64,000 nucleotides of DNA, from the NCBI GenBank assembly GCA_038087875.1, contig CM075998.1:2170001-2234000 (forward strand), in the 5' to 3' direction. Below are positions 1 through 13,150 of the stretch, in pieces (within the stretch, counting starts at the first letter, position 1; each line of letters begins with the position of its first letter). The translations under genes and the position numbers were made by a program. The notes beneath the pieces are model-generated. The model did no database searches. It saw nothing but the letters and a program-made list of their open reading frames with translations, and was not told where the DNA came from. This stretch comes from Malacoraja senta. Its lineage: Eukaryota.

Positions 1-319
1 ATTTTGAATTCTGTCAGAGCCAGTATGTGCATGGTTAAGCCGAATGGTTTCTTTGTCTTCTGTATGATTTCCAGAATATGACAGATTTCCAGAAATCATT
101 TTTTCTTATAGCCTGAAGTTCCCAGCAGAAATTGTACTCCTCGTTACTACTTCAATAACCCCACCTTCCCAGCTGGCTGATAAACATTATCGATCTAATT
201 TCACTGAATCCAAAACAGCATCAAGTATGAAAACTCTGGTCTTGAGCGTGCAGAGTTGTTTTTCGTTATTAAACTTGTTTTACTTCATATTTTCTCCAAC
301 CTCCGGCACAGCATGCCTT

Positions 320-414
320 GTAGTCAATGCCTACTATGTTCTGTTGTGCTGAAGCAAAGCAAGAATTTCATTGTCCTATCAGGGACACATGACAAGAAAC
401 TCACTTGAACTTGA
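320..414 (+). mobile_element. LINE 3' tail (Rex/Babar-like)
   Basis: aagaatttcattgtcc...acatgacaa followed by an (ACTTGA)n tail. Confidence 0.55.
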
Positions 415-1442
415 GCAGAAGAAATGAATGTAATTCAAGCCTGAAGGCTGGGTTTGGACAGTTTGCTTGTGGGTGTTGAAATTTGCCCATCCTTCTGGCA
501 CTGCTGATATTCTGACGGTTCTTTGAAGATTGTTTATTCTTACAATGCTTTAAGTGCTTAATGTTTTTCATCTATAACAGAGGCCAGATGAATTTGACAG
601 TGTCAGTGGAGATCTATCTATTAAAAGTAAAATATTAATTTATTGCCTTCAATATTGGCCTTCTAAGTCAATATCAGAAGCCTAACATCTATAAGCTGAT
701 CTCTATTTTATCCTGCTAAATCCGATTATGATAGACTGGCGGCAAACTTGGAGTTAAAGGTAAATCCAGGTCTACAAACCTGCCGGCAATAAGCAGAAAC
801 TGAATGTAACAGCAGGAATGCTGCCTGACTATTTACAGGCACTGAGCTTCAAAGCTTGTAGACCAGTATGAAACTGGCTTTTAACTTGCCCCTTTTCTTT
901 CCTGATGTGTTGACATTTTGTGGGTCTACAGAAAGTTGTTTTTGTCTCTTCTGAAGCTGGTGTAAAGTTTCACAGGTGACAAGAGCAGCAACCTTGCAGT
1001 ATCTTGCAAAGTAGCCATTAATTGGATAATCCTGGACAGTAAACATCTCAAAGCTGCCTCATTTAATGTCCATGTGTACACATTCTACAGTGTCACTGCA
1101 CATCATTTGGAGTTGTGAGAAGTTGATATGATTTCTCACCCTACTCTGGGGCATGAGGACAAGTATAATCTGCTCTAACCTGATGAAAACCGTAAGCTTT
1201 ACATTCTTGCTCAGCAATGTCTATTACGCCACTAAATTACTGGCGGAAAGGAATAGGAACTTAAATAATTTATTCAAGGAGTATAAATACAGATTTTCAT
1301 GAGAAGATGTTTTTTGGTTCCAAAATCTATCAGAAGTGTTGAGACTATTCTTAACTTGTTTTTCTTTTTTAAATCCACTATCAATCTTCAAGATGCCTCC
1401 CTTCACCTTGCTATGTGGCAATAGATTGATTTAGGGTGAAGA

Positions 1443-2185
1443 GGGTGGCGCTTCTATGGCAGCCTCGCCTACAGTCTGTCTGTTCTTTTTGTCTTTTTTT
1501 TGTTATTTTTAGTGTGTTTAAAAAGTATATGTTAATGTTCACTGGTTTATTTTATGTGGGGGGTGGGCGGTGAGGTTGGGGGTAACTTTTTTCAATCTCT
1601 TACCTTGCCGGAGATTTTTGGATCGTATCTCTGGTTGCTCTGCGGCCTAACATCGTGCAGCTGGAGGCCTTGCTCGGGACTGACTTTGAGCCCCACCGCG
1701 GGGCATGGACTTGCAATCGGAACCGATCCCTTGCCTGGGATCGACGCTCCAACCGCGGCCTGCGGACTTTAACATCAAGGAGCTCGCAGTCTCTGGTTGA
1801 GACCGACGGCGGAAGCTCCAAAAGGCGCATGACGTTCGACTAGCCCCGACCCTGGGTAGATCGCCCGGTGTGGGGGAGCTGAGACTCCCCCCCCCCCCCC
1901 CCCCCGGATGCAGGAGCTTGATCGGCCCGCCGCCGGCTACGGGAGTAAGATCGTCCCGTCAATGGAAGGTTAGTGGCCCCCGACCGCTGGAGGACAAAGA
2001 AGGGAGAGATTTAACTTTTTTTCACCTTCTATCACATTGAGGAATGCGGAGGAGTCACTGTGGTGGATGTTCATGTTAAATTGTATTTAGTGTGTTCTGT
2101 TGCTTGTTATTGGTATGACTCTATGGCAAATCAAATTCCTCGTTTGTTGCAAAACATACTTGGCTAATAAAGTATGATTATGTTT
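1443..2185 (+). mobile_element. CpG-rich non-autonomous retroposon with LINE-type tail
   Basis: Abrupt GC/CpG-rich block with internal repeats, ending aaattcctcg...catacttggctaataaagtatgattatg (poly(A) signal plus short-repeat tail). Confidence 0.65.
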
Positions 2186-2560
2186 ATTTAAGTGATACAG
2201 GTTTACTTGCCAGTGTAACTGGTCAGCTTTGAAAGAATTCTTAATTATATTAAAAAAAACATGACAGCATTTTGTGTTGCCTTATTACAATTGCAGCACT
2301 ATTATTTCTCAGCGTTGTTTTGGTTGATAAACGTTCTTGCAATCCATCTTATTTGAAGGGAGGATTATGAGGTTCGTCGTTCTAAAATTTTAGTTGTAGT
2401 TTCTGAAATTATTGGAAGGTTTTCAAGACGTGCAAGGTTTTGAGCTTTTCATTGGTGAAATTTATTTCTGTTCTTAGGCCTTGGCTTTGAAACTCCCATC
2501 CAAAATGTATAATCATTCTTGCCAACTCTCTGTCTCTGAGACAACTTTAAAATCCTTTTG

Positions 2561-2677
2561 TGTAGGAAGGAACTGCAGATGCTGGTTTAAACTGAAGATA
2601 GACACAAATAGCTGGAATAACTCAGTGGGACAAGCAGCATCTCTGGAGAGAAGGAATGGGTGACGTTTCGGGTCGAG
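2561..2677 (-). mobile_element. Short Penelope-derived hammerhead element, truncated in stem II
   Basis: Matches the 26785-26905 terminal repeat; TSD-like AAAATC(C)TTTTGT on both flanks. Confidence 0.85.
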
Positions 2678-4470
2678 AAAATCTTTTGTCTGTCTGTCTG
2701 CTTTGACCGCCTTTTACCTATGTTTTCCCTCTTTCTATTGCGGACTTGTGTAAGGATATTCAGAGATGCCGTCTAATCTTTGCAGTGCACGATGTAAATA
2801 GAATTTGTTCCATACACTCTAACTAGAAATCTCTATCAGATTTAAACCTGTACAACATAAGCCATTGAGTTGGAACCACAATGCACAGACACCCAAGTAA
2901 GGCTGTAATTCAATTAAATTCAACACTTTAAGTGACTGTAAAATAGTTTATTTGAATTTTATATTGTCCTGCATGTTGTACATATATAAACAATTGAAAG
3001 AAATACACATATGCCTGAGACTTGAATGAGGAGGGCAAGACTGTTCCCTCTGACACTTCCACTTGTTCCTATCGAATTTCTATTGAGTAAAATAATACTG
3101 ATCTAATGGTAAATGTATGTGCCACTATAACTGGATTAACCAGTTTCCTTTATCTTCAGAATGTGATTTGAAAAAAAGGTTGCGTGCAAGTAATTCTATA
3201 TGTCAGAAATGCAGCACAGCTTACTTGCTTGTACTACTGTTGCCTTTCCACAAGCATTGGATAATTTGAATCCCAGTGAGTAATTTTCACCTTTATTCTA
3301 AGAGTAAAATCGTTATTGTTAATCTGATATTTGACAAAGAATGGTTCAAAATTTAAATCAAAAATAAACTTCACCTGGAACTTCCCCTCAGTCATGGAAT
3401 GAGCATGTAGTGAGTGTGGTGTGGTGAAGCTGACATTTAAACACTGAAACCAAAGCGTTGCAATTTTAAAGATGTACCTTTTTAGTAGCTTCAAAAAAAT
3501 TGGGCTTTACAGAATGAATGAGAGCTCTTCTTAAAATTAAACCTTTTTAGTGCTTTGCATTGTAGTTGACAACTGCAAAAGATCTCTTGGTGAAAGATAT
3601 TTCTTGCAGCCTTCATTCTGAAAGCTGATAATGCAGAGAAGCTTGGTTGAATGATGAAGTAATCATTTGGAGTTCTCTGAATTTCTCTACTCCATATTTT
3701 TCCTTTTAAATGTAATACACTCAAATCAAAGTCAGTCCTCTAGACGGGATGAATATGGAAACTCTCAGTTGAGTGTATTTGAATCCTGAAACCGCAATGC
3801 AGCTGTAATTCAGTTTGCACTTCTTAAATATAATTGATATTTGTTCATTTCTAGCATAAGCATTGTTATGCACATGTAGTATTTAATAACTTAAACTCCT
3901 ACAGCCAGTTTGATGGATATTAAACTGGTGAATCAGCTCCTTCATTTTGCTGAGTTGCAAAGAGGAAGGAAAAAAATACTCTTTGGACCAAATCTTGTTA
4001 TTGCTAATTGATTATGACAGTTTTCTTCCTTGGAACATCAACATGGAAGGAGCCCAAGAAATGGACTGGAAGGGGTTCTGCCAACAGAAAATTGAGGCAA
4101 TGACGGACTTTCTTTTGAATGAGCACAGGGATTTGGGTGCCGGTGGAAATGGCAAAGAATGAGACATTTGATGAGTATGACTTGGTTTGGGACGGGCAGC
4201 AGAATTTTTGAGATGTTTGAACTTTGTTCTTGGGATGCTAGTAATGAGGATATTGGTGAAATTTGGGATAAGGAAAATTTGATAAAGTTGGCATCACTTT
4301 GAGGGATAAAATGTACAATGCGCAAGAGATGGATGTTGCTGTGGCAATGGATAAAATGTGAGTTTGAAACTTTGTACACAGTGTCACAAACAAATTGTGT
4401 TTGCATTGGGTAGAGTATCATTTAGAATCTGAAGATTTTATGCCATGAAAAATCAATGCAATGGTACATG

Positions 4471-4602
4471 TGTAGAAAGGAACTGCAGATGTTAGTTTAC
4501 ACCAAAGATAGACACAAATTGTTAGAGTAACTCAGCGGATCAGGCAGCAACTCTGGGGGAAAAGGAATAGGTGACGTTTTGGGTCGAGACCCTTCTTCAG
4601 AC
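4471..4602 (-). mobile_element. Short Penelope-derived hammerhead element
   Basis: aactgcagatg...gtaactcagc...gtgacgttttgggtcgagacccttcttcagac. Confidence 0.88.
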
Positions 4603-6437
4603 AAGTCCTTGTGGACACAGAAGGGAACGATTCCATTTAGTATTCGCCTAGCACTGAGGGCTGTTTAAGATTGTGACATTTCCAGATTTTGTGTGTGTGC
4701 TTCCTCATGCAAGGTGCATGGATTGGTGCCTAAAGTGCCATATGATGCAAATGTATATTTTATGGATCTAGCTCTTTTGTTTCTAAATGTTTCTCTGCTC
4801 TTTCTAAAGTTATTTTTTAAAGCAAAAACATTTCCACTAAATGGAATGAGACCAAAGTATATATACTCTTTGCATCGAGTAATTTGCAACCTGAAAAGCT
4901 AGAGAGGGAATGAGTCAGCCTTCAAATTACGTAGTGTTTTCATAACCATTCAGCTCCTTCATTTAAAGTCACTTGTTGCATTTGGAGCTGCGGCACATTG
5001 CACAAGGACTCCAAAAGTATCCATTGTGCTACAGCAACAAAGGGACAAGTCAACATGTCAAACCCTCATAGTAACTCTGTAAGTTCTAAATATTTTATCT
5101 AAATGTTTTACATTCGAGGAGTGCTACCTTTCGCAGTTGTGCATTCTCTGTATTTGATATATATTAAGTTCAGATCTGAACTTTTGCCTTTTGTCCATAA
5201 TTTGGTCAAAAGATGTACCATTATCATCCAGAATGATTCATTTTAAAATTAACTTTACAAATGCTTATTTACAAACTAATTTCCACTCCTCACCTGTGTT
5301 TGTTGTGTAGTTATTACAAATTATAATAGCCACAGCCTCCAATAATGTCAGCGTTAAACAGTTTCTGTCAGTTTCCATCGTCTTTGTGATTTTAATTTAA
5401 CACTGATCCCTGAATTAATTCTAATTTTATATTTTTATGAAAACCCACTGATTTGAATTATATTCTGATTGACTTTGCTGTTGGCCCAGCTTAATTGAAA
5501 GCCTGATCTTTTTAAAATTCATTGGAGATTAAATGTTAACGGATTGGAAATGGAACAGATTTAAGGTCTATACTAAACTTGTTAACAGAGCAAATCTTAA
5601 GTCATCGTGCTGAATTGGCCCATTCTAGCAAGTTAGTAATTGGATTTAAATGTTGCCAAGTGCAAGTGTATTAGGTTGGAACCTTGGTTGAAATTGATAG
5701 TTTTTAATATTTTGCATTTAGTAGCTAATTAATAGCTTGGAATCTGCATTTATGGTGTACTTGTAAAACTAAGCAGTGCCTACTACAGGGAATGGTAGTA
5801 CTGTGGTGTAAATTTATCTTTTTTTAATCCATCTTTGATCACTCAATGTTTACTCTACTTCAGGATGAATCAATCTGGTATGTGTAATTTCCAAAGTGAA
5901 AACCTGTTTTTCACTTATCCAGGGTAGCAACAGTGTTGTGGTGTGAAGATAAAGCACCTACATTAGTATTTTATATGTAGCTTTCCATTGTCTTTATCAT
6001 TCATGTACAAACTTGGATTGTTTGTATTGATTCTTTCAACAGTGGAGTGTTTCAAATTCAAATGCAGAACATCTTTGCTTAAGATCCCCGCTTAAACTTG
6101 CTCAAAGGACTGGGTATTAAAGTAGTCTGCATGAAAGGATATTTTTCATTGGATATCTTTCTCTCCCCCCCCCCCCCCCCCCCCCTTGCTCAGATCAAAT
6201 TGCATTTCTACATTTTTTCTTCTATCCTCTTACCCTGCCCACCACAATACACTGAAGTGAATCAGGAATATACTTTGTTGGACCCCAGATTAATATCTCA
6301 TTTGAAAAGTGGGCTCTGCTCTCTAACTGCATTGGAGCAGGGCTTGAACCTTTGAGCACAGGCTGAACAAAACCAGACAAATGCATGCATAAAACCTTGA
6401 TTTTTAATCATTTTTTTATCAGCTGTGGTGCAGTCCT

Positions 6438-6637
6438 GACCTCTCATCTACCTCACAGGAGACCTTTGAACATTTAATCGGGCTTCAATGTTATATCTTG
6501 CACTAAATGTTGTATCCTTTATCTGTGCACTGTGGACGGCGTGATTGTATTTATGTATTGTCTTTGACTGGATAGCATGCAAACAAAAGCTTTTCACTGT
6601 ACACCTGACAATAATAATAAACCTAAAGCTAAACTAA
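6438..6637 (+). mobile_element. Rex/Babar-like LINE 3' UTR
   Basis: gactggatagcatgcaaacaaaagcttttcactgtac...gacaataataataaa followed by a (CTAAA)n tail. Confidence 0.6.
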
Positions 6638-8233
6638 TGGAGTTGTTCAGATTTGTTTTAATATGATTCATAAATGGCATGAATAACTGTTCCGATTGGT
6701 TTACCAATCAAGTTCAAGTTGCAAATAGTTAACTGTCACTGACCAGCGTATGTCCAATAATGAGTTATTTTTCTCTCAAAATGAAATTTATTCAGAATAA
6801 AAAAAGATATACAAAACAAGAACTCTTCATATATTCTCAGTGTCTCTACATTCAATAGTTAATTGTGTTTGCACCTATCTTTTAAACAAAACACCCTGCC
6901 ACGCACATGGCCTCCCTTCCCTTGTTACTGAGAGTTGCTCCATGAACAATTGTACACATCAACTGCATGAATTTGTGGTTCCCCTGAAATGGTACAACAT
7001 AATGATTGCAACCATACATCACTTGGACAACACCAAACATGTTTTGTGATCTATATCCAGCTTTCCTTCCTTGTTAGTGGATGAACAATCAAGACACTTT
7101 GACATCCCCCCCCCCCTCTCCCTCACTTGGCTTATAGCCATCTGTCTTTGCATCAGCATACATTGCATAAACTGCCTTCCTTAAACCACTGATGGATTCA
7201 CAGACCCATGAAAATTTATGTCTGTGATTTTGCCTGTGGGGAAGCTGATATTAGCAATGTAAATGAGGAGAGATCGATCACAAATTTGGGCTCCCGTGAC
7301 CTGGACTGCAGGAGCGTGAAATATTAAAGTACCTTCAATTTACTTCAGTTCAAGAGTTGGCATCGAGTAATTCTCAGGTGACTGAAACCAGTTATTCCAA
7401 GTTTTTTTTTTTTGTCTGATACCTAAAATCCAGTTCCCTTGTGGAATGCTGCTAGTATAGATTTTAAAAATGCTTTTGCTTGCGGTGTTTCATGCCTCCC
7501 CCCCCCCCCCCTTTATAAAATTTGATTGTGATGTTCATAATTTCATTCTGATATTTTTTGAGTAAAATGTAAGCTCAATGTGTTGATTGTATGTATTTAT
7601 GTGGCTCATTAGTTAGACTCCTTACCCCTCATCCTCCAGATAGAAAACTTCATGCACTCCACATTTTTGAAAGTGAGAGCATCTATCTGTCTTATGGGTA
7701 AAAAGATCAGAAAGCTGAGAAACGAAAGCTAGAGAAAGTAGTAGCTCCAATTTGTCAAACTGGGTGTAGAAAGAAATGAATGGGAAATGGAGATTAATTT
7801 AATAGCGAAGATAAATTTAAGTATATGATGTTTAAAATAAAAGCACAACAATTTGACATCTCTCAGATTGAGACTGCATTTTTGTTTTGTCTCTGTTCAG
7901 TGGCTTAACAGGAATACAAGTCCTATTTTATACAACAAGGTTTGAACTGCTTAGTACTACCCTGAACTTTCTACATGGAGTTTAATTTGCAATTGGTGTA
8001 CAAATGCAACAATTTTATGAATATCACGGGGAGATTATGGTAAGCTGTTTTCATATGGCAAACACTTAATGTGATGCAAATCATCTAACAATTTGTGATC
8101 ATTCATGGCAAATCTCTTGCAAATTACTAAATGATTTGAATGATAATGGGGTATTAAACTTTGCACCATTTAGCTTGTATCATTTTCCCTGCACAAAAGA
8201 TCTAATTCACAGAGTTTTCATTTTTCTGAACCA

Positions 8234-8340
8234 CATAGAAGGGAGACATTTGGCCCATTGAGTTGACGCCAGCGCTCGGTGCAATCCCATTTGTATGGGT
8301 AATTTGCGGCAGCCAGTTAACTTACCAACCAATACATCTC
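8234..8340 (-). mobile_element. V-SINE 3' fragment
   Basis: catttggcccattgagttgacgccagcgctc...ccagttaacttaccaacc. Confidence 0.5.
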
Positions 8341-8727
8341 TCTATCGACCCTTAACTTAACTCAAGGTGAGAAGATAAATTGTCCTCTCATTTGACGTCA
8401 GAATCATTTGTTTGAGGAATAATGTATTTCAGCTACACTATTTTACCAGAGATGCAAAAGTTATTCCTGGAGGAAAGGAGATTAAGAGGATATTTGATGA
8501 TGGTGCATGTGATCATGCAAGCTGCAGGCTGGAGAAAAGCTATCCGCATTGACAGATGGTTCGAGGATGGGGGCACAGAATCAAAGTGATGGGTAAACAT
8601 GGAGAATGTGAGGGAAATGTTTTCAACACATGTTTGTGGTCTGAACTTCAGCCTGTAAGGATGGTGGAAACAGCCAATCAAACAAAACTCGGTTACCACT
8701 TGGAACATGATTTGATAGGAGTCAAAA

Positions 8728-8879
8728 TGTAGAAACAAGAACTGCAGATGCTGGCTTGCACAAAAGGACACAAAGTGCAGGAGAGTATGAGGAAAGGTCT
8801 CCACCTGAAACGTCACCTATCCATGTTCTCCACAGATGCTGCTTGACCCGCTGAGTTATTCCAGCACTTTGTATCCTTT
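8728..8879. mobile_element. Penelope-derived element, inverted (fold-back) arrangement
   Basis: Antisense tail at 8728-8782 is followed by a sense copy; arms aaaggacacaaagtgc and gcactttgtatccttt are complementary. Confidence 0.8.
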
Positions 8880-9075
8880 CATGATTTGAGAGGAAATGGG
8901 ACTGAATAAGATGCTCTATGATTGGGAACAGAATGATGGAATCCTGTGCTGTAACAATTGTTATTAATTTAACACAACCAAATGAGATGATGAGCCTTCT
9001 CTCAATTGTGAATGAAATGGAATCATTGTGACATCTGATAAATAGCCAGCTCACACTAACTTATAATGTGGAAAC

Positions 9076-9257
9076 CTGGAACTACAGATACTGGTTTATC
9101 AAGGAAATACACAAAATGCTGGAGGAACCCAATGGGTCAGGTAGCATCCTGGAGGACATGGATCATGGATAGGTAACATTTGGGTCTTTTAGTTTAATTT
9201 TAAACTAAAGGGTCTGGACCCTTCTTCAGATGTTTTGGGTCGAGACCCTTCTTCAGA
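9076..9257 (-). mobile_element. Penelope-derived element with duplicated hammerhead half
   Basis: gggtctggacccttcttcaga is followed by gggtcgagacccttcttcaga, with an AT-rich hairpin insert just before. Confidence 0.8.
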
Positions 9258-9419
9258 TGGTTTGAATAAGCTCATCACAAGTTTGAATAAGCTGAATATT
9301 ACAGAGAAGTTGAGAATAGCAACTCTTGACATCAAGGTAGCATTCATGCAGCAGGAAGTCCAGCAAAGATGAAGTGATTATGGGTTAATGGTAGAACATT
9401 TTGTAGCTGGAGTTATTTT

Positions 9420-9750
9420 GATCTAAGCAGGTGACAATGGTTGATGGAGACCAATGCTCCCAGGACGTATGTATAGGAGTTCGTCAAGGAAGTATCCTTG
9501 GCAACCAACATCAGTTGTTTGATCCAAAGACTCTCTTTACATCCTACTCGAGAGTGGGGCTGCTCACTGACTTTGTGTTCTAATTCAAAGTGAAATAGCC
9601 TGTGCCAACCCACATCAAGACTCCAGGCTTAGGTTGACAAGCAGCGGATAGGCATTACACTGCACAGATGCCAAATAATGAGACGAGGGCACGCAACATA
9701 TTCCCTCAACATTCAAGGCACATTGTCCACAACCTGAAAACATACCCTAT
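9420..9750 (+). mobile_element. Highly decayed CR1-type RT fragment
   Basis: caagactccaggcttaggttgacaag...cacagatgccaa resembles the QQDL..IQAWADKWQ.TF..HKCQ segment of CR1 RT. Confidence 0.45.
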
Positions 9751-10065
9751 GCCTGTATTTCAATTGGTGTATCTTTTAGCACATTAAACCACATTGCAGC
9801 AATGTTGGTGAAGTTGAAACAGTAACATGATGTTTTGTTGAAATCTTAACTAGTTGTCAGAATGTGGTTCACTTGAAAAGGGGATGCTTCATTCTTCTCT
9901 GGAATAGAGTCATGACGTGTTGACATATTCTTTGACGTGAGTTTCGAGGCTGCTCTCTGAACCATTTTTAAAAATGACATTCAAAATATACCCTTGATCT
10001 GAGTTAGTATTCATTAAACATTTTCAAAGGCACCATTTAGATTACTTATTTTTCCAAATTTAAAT

Positions 10066-10255
10066 AATAAAAACAAACTGCTGGAAAGACTCAGCAGTCA
10101 GCAGAAAGAGAAGCAGAGTTGGCATTTATGATCAAAGACCCTTATTCAGACCCTTCATCTGAAAAATGCTCTGCCCATTTCCAAAGATGCTGCCGGACCC
10201 GCTGAATATTTCCAGCGTTTTCTGTTTTTATTTCAGACTTTCCTATATCTGCAAA
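10066..10255. mobile_element. Older inverted Penelope-derived element
   Basis: aaactgctggaaagactcagc ... gatgctgccggacccgctgaatatttccagcgttttctg. Confidence 0.7.
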
Positions 10256-10618
10256 TTTTTTTTTTTTTGATTTTTGGAAAAATTAGTCACTTTCTGGCTG
10301 TGCTGCAACTGCTCAAACAATTAATTTATTTAAGATTGACTAATTTTGGATGTGTTACTGAATGTTTTCATGTTTGATCAAGTTTCCATATAGATAATCT
10401 GCCAGTCATATGCACCGACTCAATTGAATAATGAAGTGATTAAGCATTAAATAACTCTGGAAGATCATTTAATTTTATATGCTGATTAATGTTCCCTTTG
10501 GGGGAGATCATTAAATGAGAGTTGCGTATTATAGATATAATTTACTGCTTTTTCTTGACTGGGGTTGACATGTAACATTGGTATACTTTTTTAAAATAGC
10601 GCACGTCAGTGGACACAC

Positions 10619-10881
10619 AATTACCTGAATATTACAGGTTGAAATTACTGAAATTGTGTGTAAATAAAAGCAACTGGCTCACTTGAATCATTCTATAATG
10701 CCGGTGAAAAAGAACATGTGCCATTGGATTTCCAGATTTAAGAGACACATACCTGATCTAAATCTGGAATTCCAGTAGCTGGTATGTTCTCTTTCACCTG
10801 CATTATAGAATGATTCGAGTGAGTGAGTTGCTTTTATTAACACGAATTTCAGTAGTCTCAAGCTGTAGTATTCTGTAAATT
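10619..10881. repeat. Long imperfect palindrome (~120-bp arms), MITE-like
   Basis: Arm 10619-10740 is the reverse complement of arm 10759-10881, e.g. ctcacttgaatcattctataatgc versus gcattatagaatgattcgagtgag. Confidence 0.9.
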
Positions 10882-11610
10882 AGCATAAATTTTCCAGTAT
10901 GTGTTTTAAGTATAATCAATGTGGATTTAACTCGCATGAATGTCTGATAAGCATGTTTTTTTAAAGTGACGTACAAGTTGGCCTTTCATTGGGATTCGGG
11001 TGTACAACACGGCCAATCTGAGATCATGGACTTTTGGGTTATCTGTACAGCTTGATTTTCAACTTAGTACATAGTGCATTAATTTTCCCAACTTAACGCC
11101 AGTTTCCTGTTATTTAAAAAAATATTGTAATGAGGCTTTGAATTGAATCTGTACGAAGGATGCTAATACCACTCACAGCCCAAGCTCCCCCCCCCCCGAG
11201 GCATTGTATTCACCATTTCCATAAACGGATGAATCTCTTTTGAGGAAAATCTTTTCGTCCTTCCTCTGACAATGGGTTAACGTTGCCATCATTCAGTAAT
11301 ATACCATGAATCATAGTAAATCCGTTAATGTCTTTTCCCAAATATTCTCCACTGTCCGTGCATTGCTTTGGAAGATGGATAGGTCAGTTATCCACAAACA
11401 AACTTGTGACAGCTCAGCCACATAGCAATTCAGTGCAACAACCAGGAGTTCAACCACGACTTTCTACTTCTTTACCATTTTTGGGATGGCTGACGATATT
11501 GTAGTTTACTAAGAGTCTCTTAAACGTTACATTTGAAAGATTCTTTCCATGTCAGGAATGGTTTTTAAACCCTTTTTTTTTTTTTAACTTTCTAGCACAG
11601 CACTTTGACA

Positions 11611-11650
11611 ATGGACATAGAAGATTGCAATGGTCGTGGTTACATCTCTG
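11611..11650 (+). CDS. ikzf4: IKZF4/Eos first coding exon (MDIEDCNGRGYIS-G)
   Basis: Poly-T tract with TAG/CAG acceptors (11593-11600), ACAATGG start context, G|GTAAGG donor. The peptide matches the MDIEDCNGR N-terminus of Eos and joins the next exon in phase 1. Confidence 0.9.
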
Positions 11651-11861
11651 GTAAGGGAAAATTGTGCTCATTTTCCAAGTGTCAGAATATTTTGACTCAA
11701 ACTTGCTATATCATGGAGCAATTAATTTCCTCTAACTTTCCACTCAAGATATTTTTGGAATGTTTTTTGCAAACTTTAATGTCATGATTCCATGTATTTC
11801 TGTTTTACTGAATTTTATGCTATTCGAGGTGTGATATGTTGCCACTGGTGAACAGTTGGCA

Positions 11862-13150
11862 TTGGTTCATTATTGTTGCATCTAGTGTGGTACAGTGCGA
11901 ATCTTTGTTTAGCATGCTATCCAGGCAAATCATACCATACATCATAAAATAAAGTGCAGCTTCAAAGAAAGTGCAGATTAAAAACAGTGCAAGTGGCATT
12001 CAGAATAGGATGTTTTCTATGGTACATCTGTAGAAATTGATAAGTTAGTGGAGACATGCTGAATTTCCTTAGTCTTGTGAGGAAGTAGAGGTGTTGGTCT
12101 ACTTGGCCACAGCAATAACATGGTTGGACAAGATCAAATTGTTGGTGATATTTACAGCAAGGAACCTGAAGCTCTTGACCATCTCCACGTCAGCACCATT
12201 GATACAGACTTGGGCGTGTACTTCACCCCACTTCCTGAAACCGGCCAGCACCTTTGTCTTGCTGGCATTGAGGGGTAGGTTGTTGTCTTGACACCATGTT
12301 ACTAAGCACGCAATCTCCTTCCTGTGCTCCATCTCATCATTGTTTGAGATCCGGCCACTACGGTGGTGTCATTTCAAACTTGTGAATGGAGTTAAAGCTG
12401 AATTTGGTCACACAGCCATATAGGGGGTGCAGGGGGCTGAGAACGCATCTTTGTGGGCCACGGGCGTTGAGAATTATTATTTGGAATGTTTTGTCGCCTA
12501 TCCTTGATGATTGTGGTGTGTGTCAGGATGATGAGAATCCAGCTTTGGAGAGGTGTGCCCACTCCAAGGGCCATGTTTTTGGAGATGAGTTTGGTTGGAA
12601 TTATAGTATTGAAGGCAGAGCTGCAGTCAATAAATGGGAGTCTGTCCTAGGTGTCCTTGGTATCCAGATGTTCCAGAGCTGAGTGTGGGGCCATGGAGAT
12701 AGTCTGATGAAGGGTCTTGACCCAAAACGTCACCCATTCCTTCTCTTCAGAGATGCTGCCTGTCCCGCTGAGTTAATCCAGCATTTTGTGTCTGCTAAGG
12801 AGATAGTGTCTGCCGTGGACCTGTTGCAGTGATAGGTGAATTGCAGTAGATCACGGCTGTCTGGGAGGCTGGGGTTGATGTGCACCATGACCAATCTCTT
12901 GAAGCACTTTGTGATAGTGGATGTCAGAGTCACTGGGCGACAATCATTAAGGCAAGCTTCCTTACTTTTCACGGGATTACAGTGGTCTTCTGAAAGCAAG
13001 TGGGAACCTCGGATTGGTGTAGGGAGAGGTTAAAGATGTCCGCGAATACTTCTGCCAACTTGTCCATGAGCACGTGTCCAAGGACTACATCTGGGCCAAT
13101 TGCTTTCTGAGAGCAAAAGCCAACCTGACATCTATGATGGTAACCATAGG
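11862..13150 (-). mobile_element. Degenerate Rex1/Babar-type LINE (RT fragments and 3' UTR)
   Basis: Minus-strand peptides [23 protein letters not shown]...[14 protein letters not shown] and WCQDNNLPLNASKTK...VKSFRFL. The 3' tail resembles 6560-6620. Confidence 0.85.
12704..12798 (+). mobile_element. Penelope-derived hammerhead element nested in a Rex/Babar LINE
   Basis: CTGATGA-AGGGTCTTGACCC-AAAACGTC; direct repeat GGAGATAGT at 12695-12703 and 12799-12807. Confidence 0.88.

Noticed and set aside
1443-2185. CpG-island promoter or first exon of IKZF4, and the overlapping short ORFs
   Set aside because: Sharp boundaries, internal repeats and a LINE-type AATAAA plus short-repeat tail indicate a retroposon. 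The ORFs have no recognisable domain.
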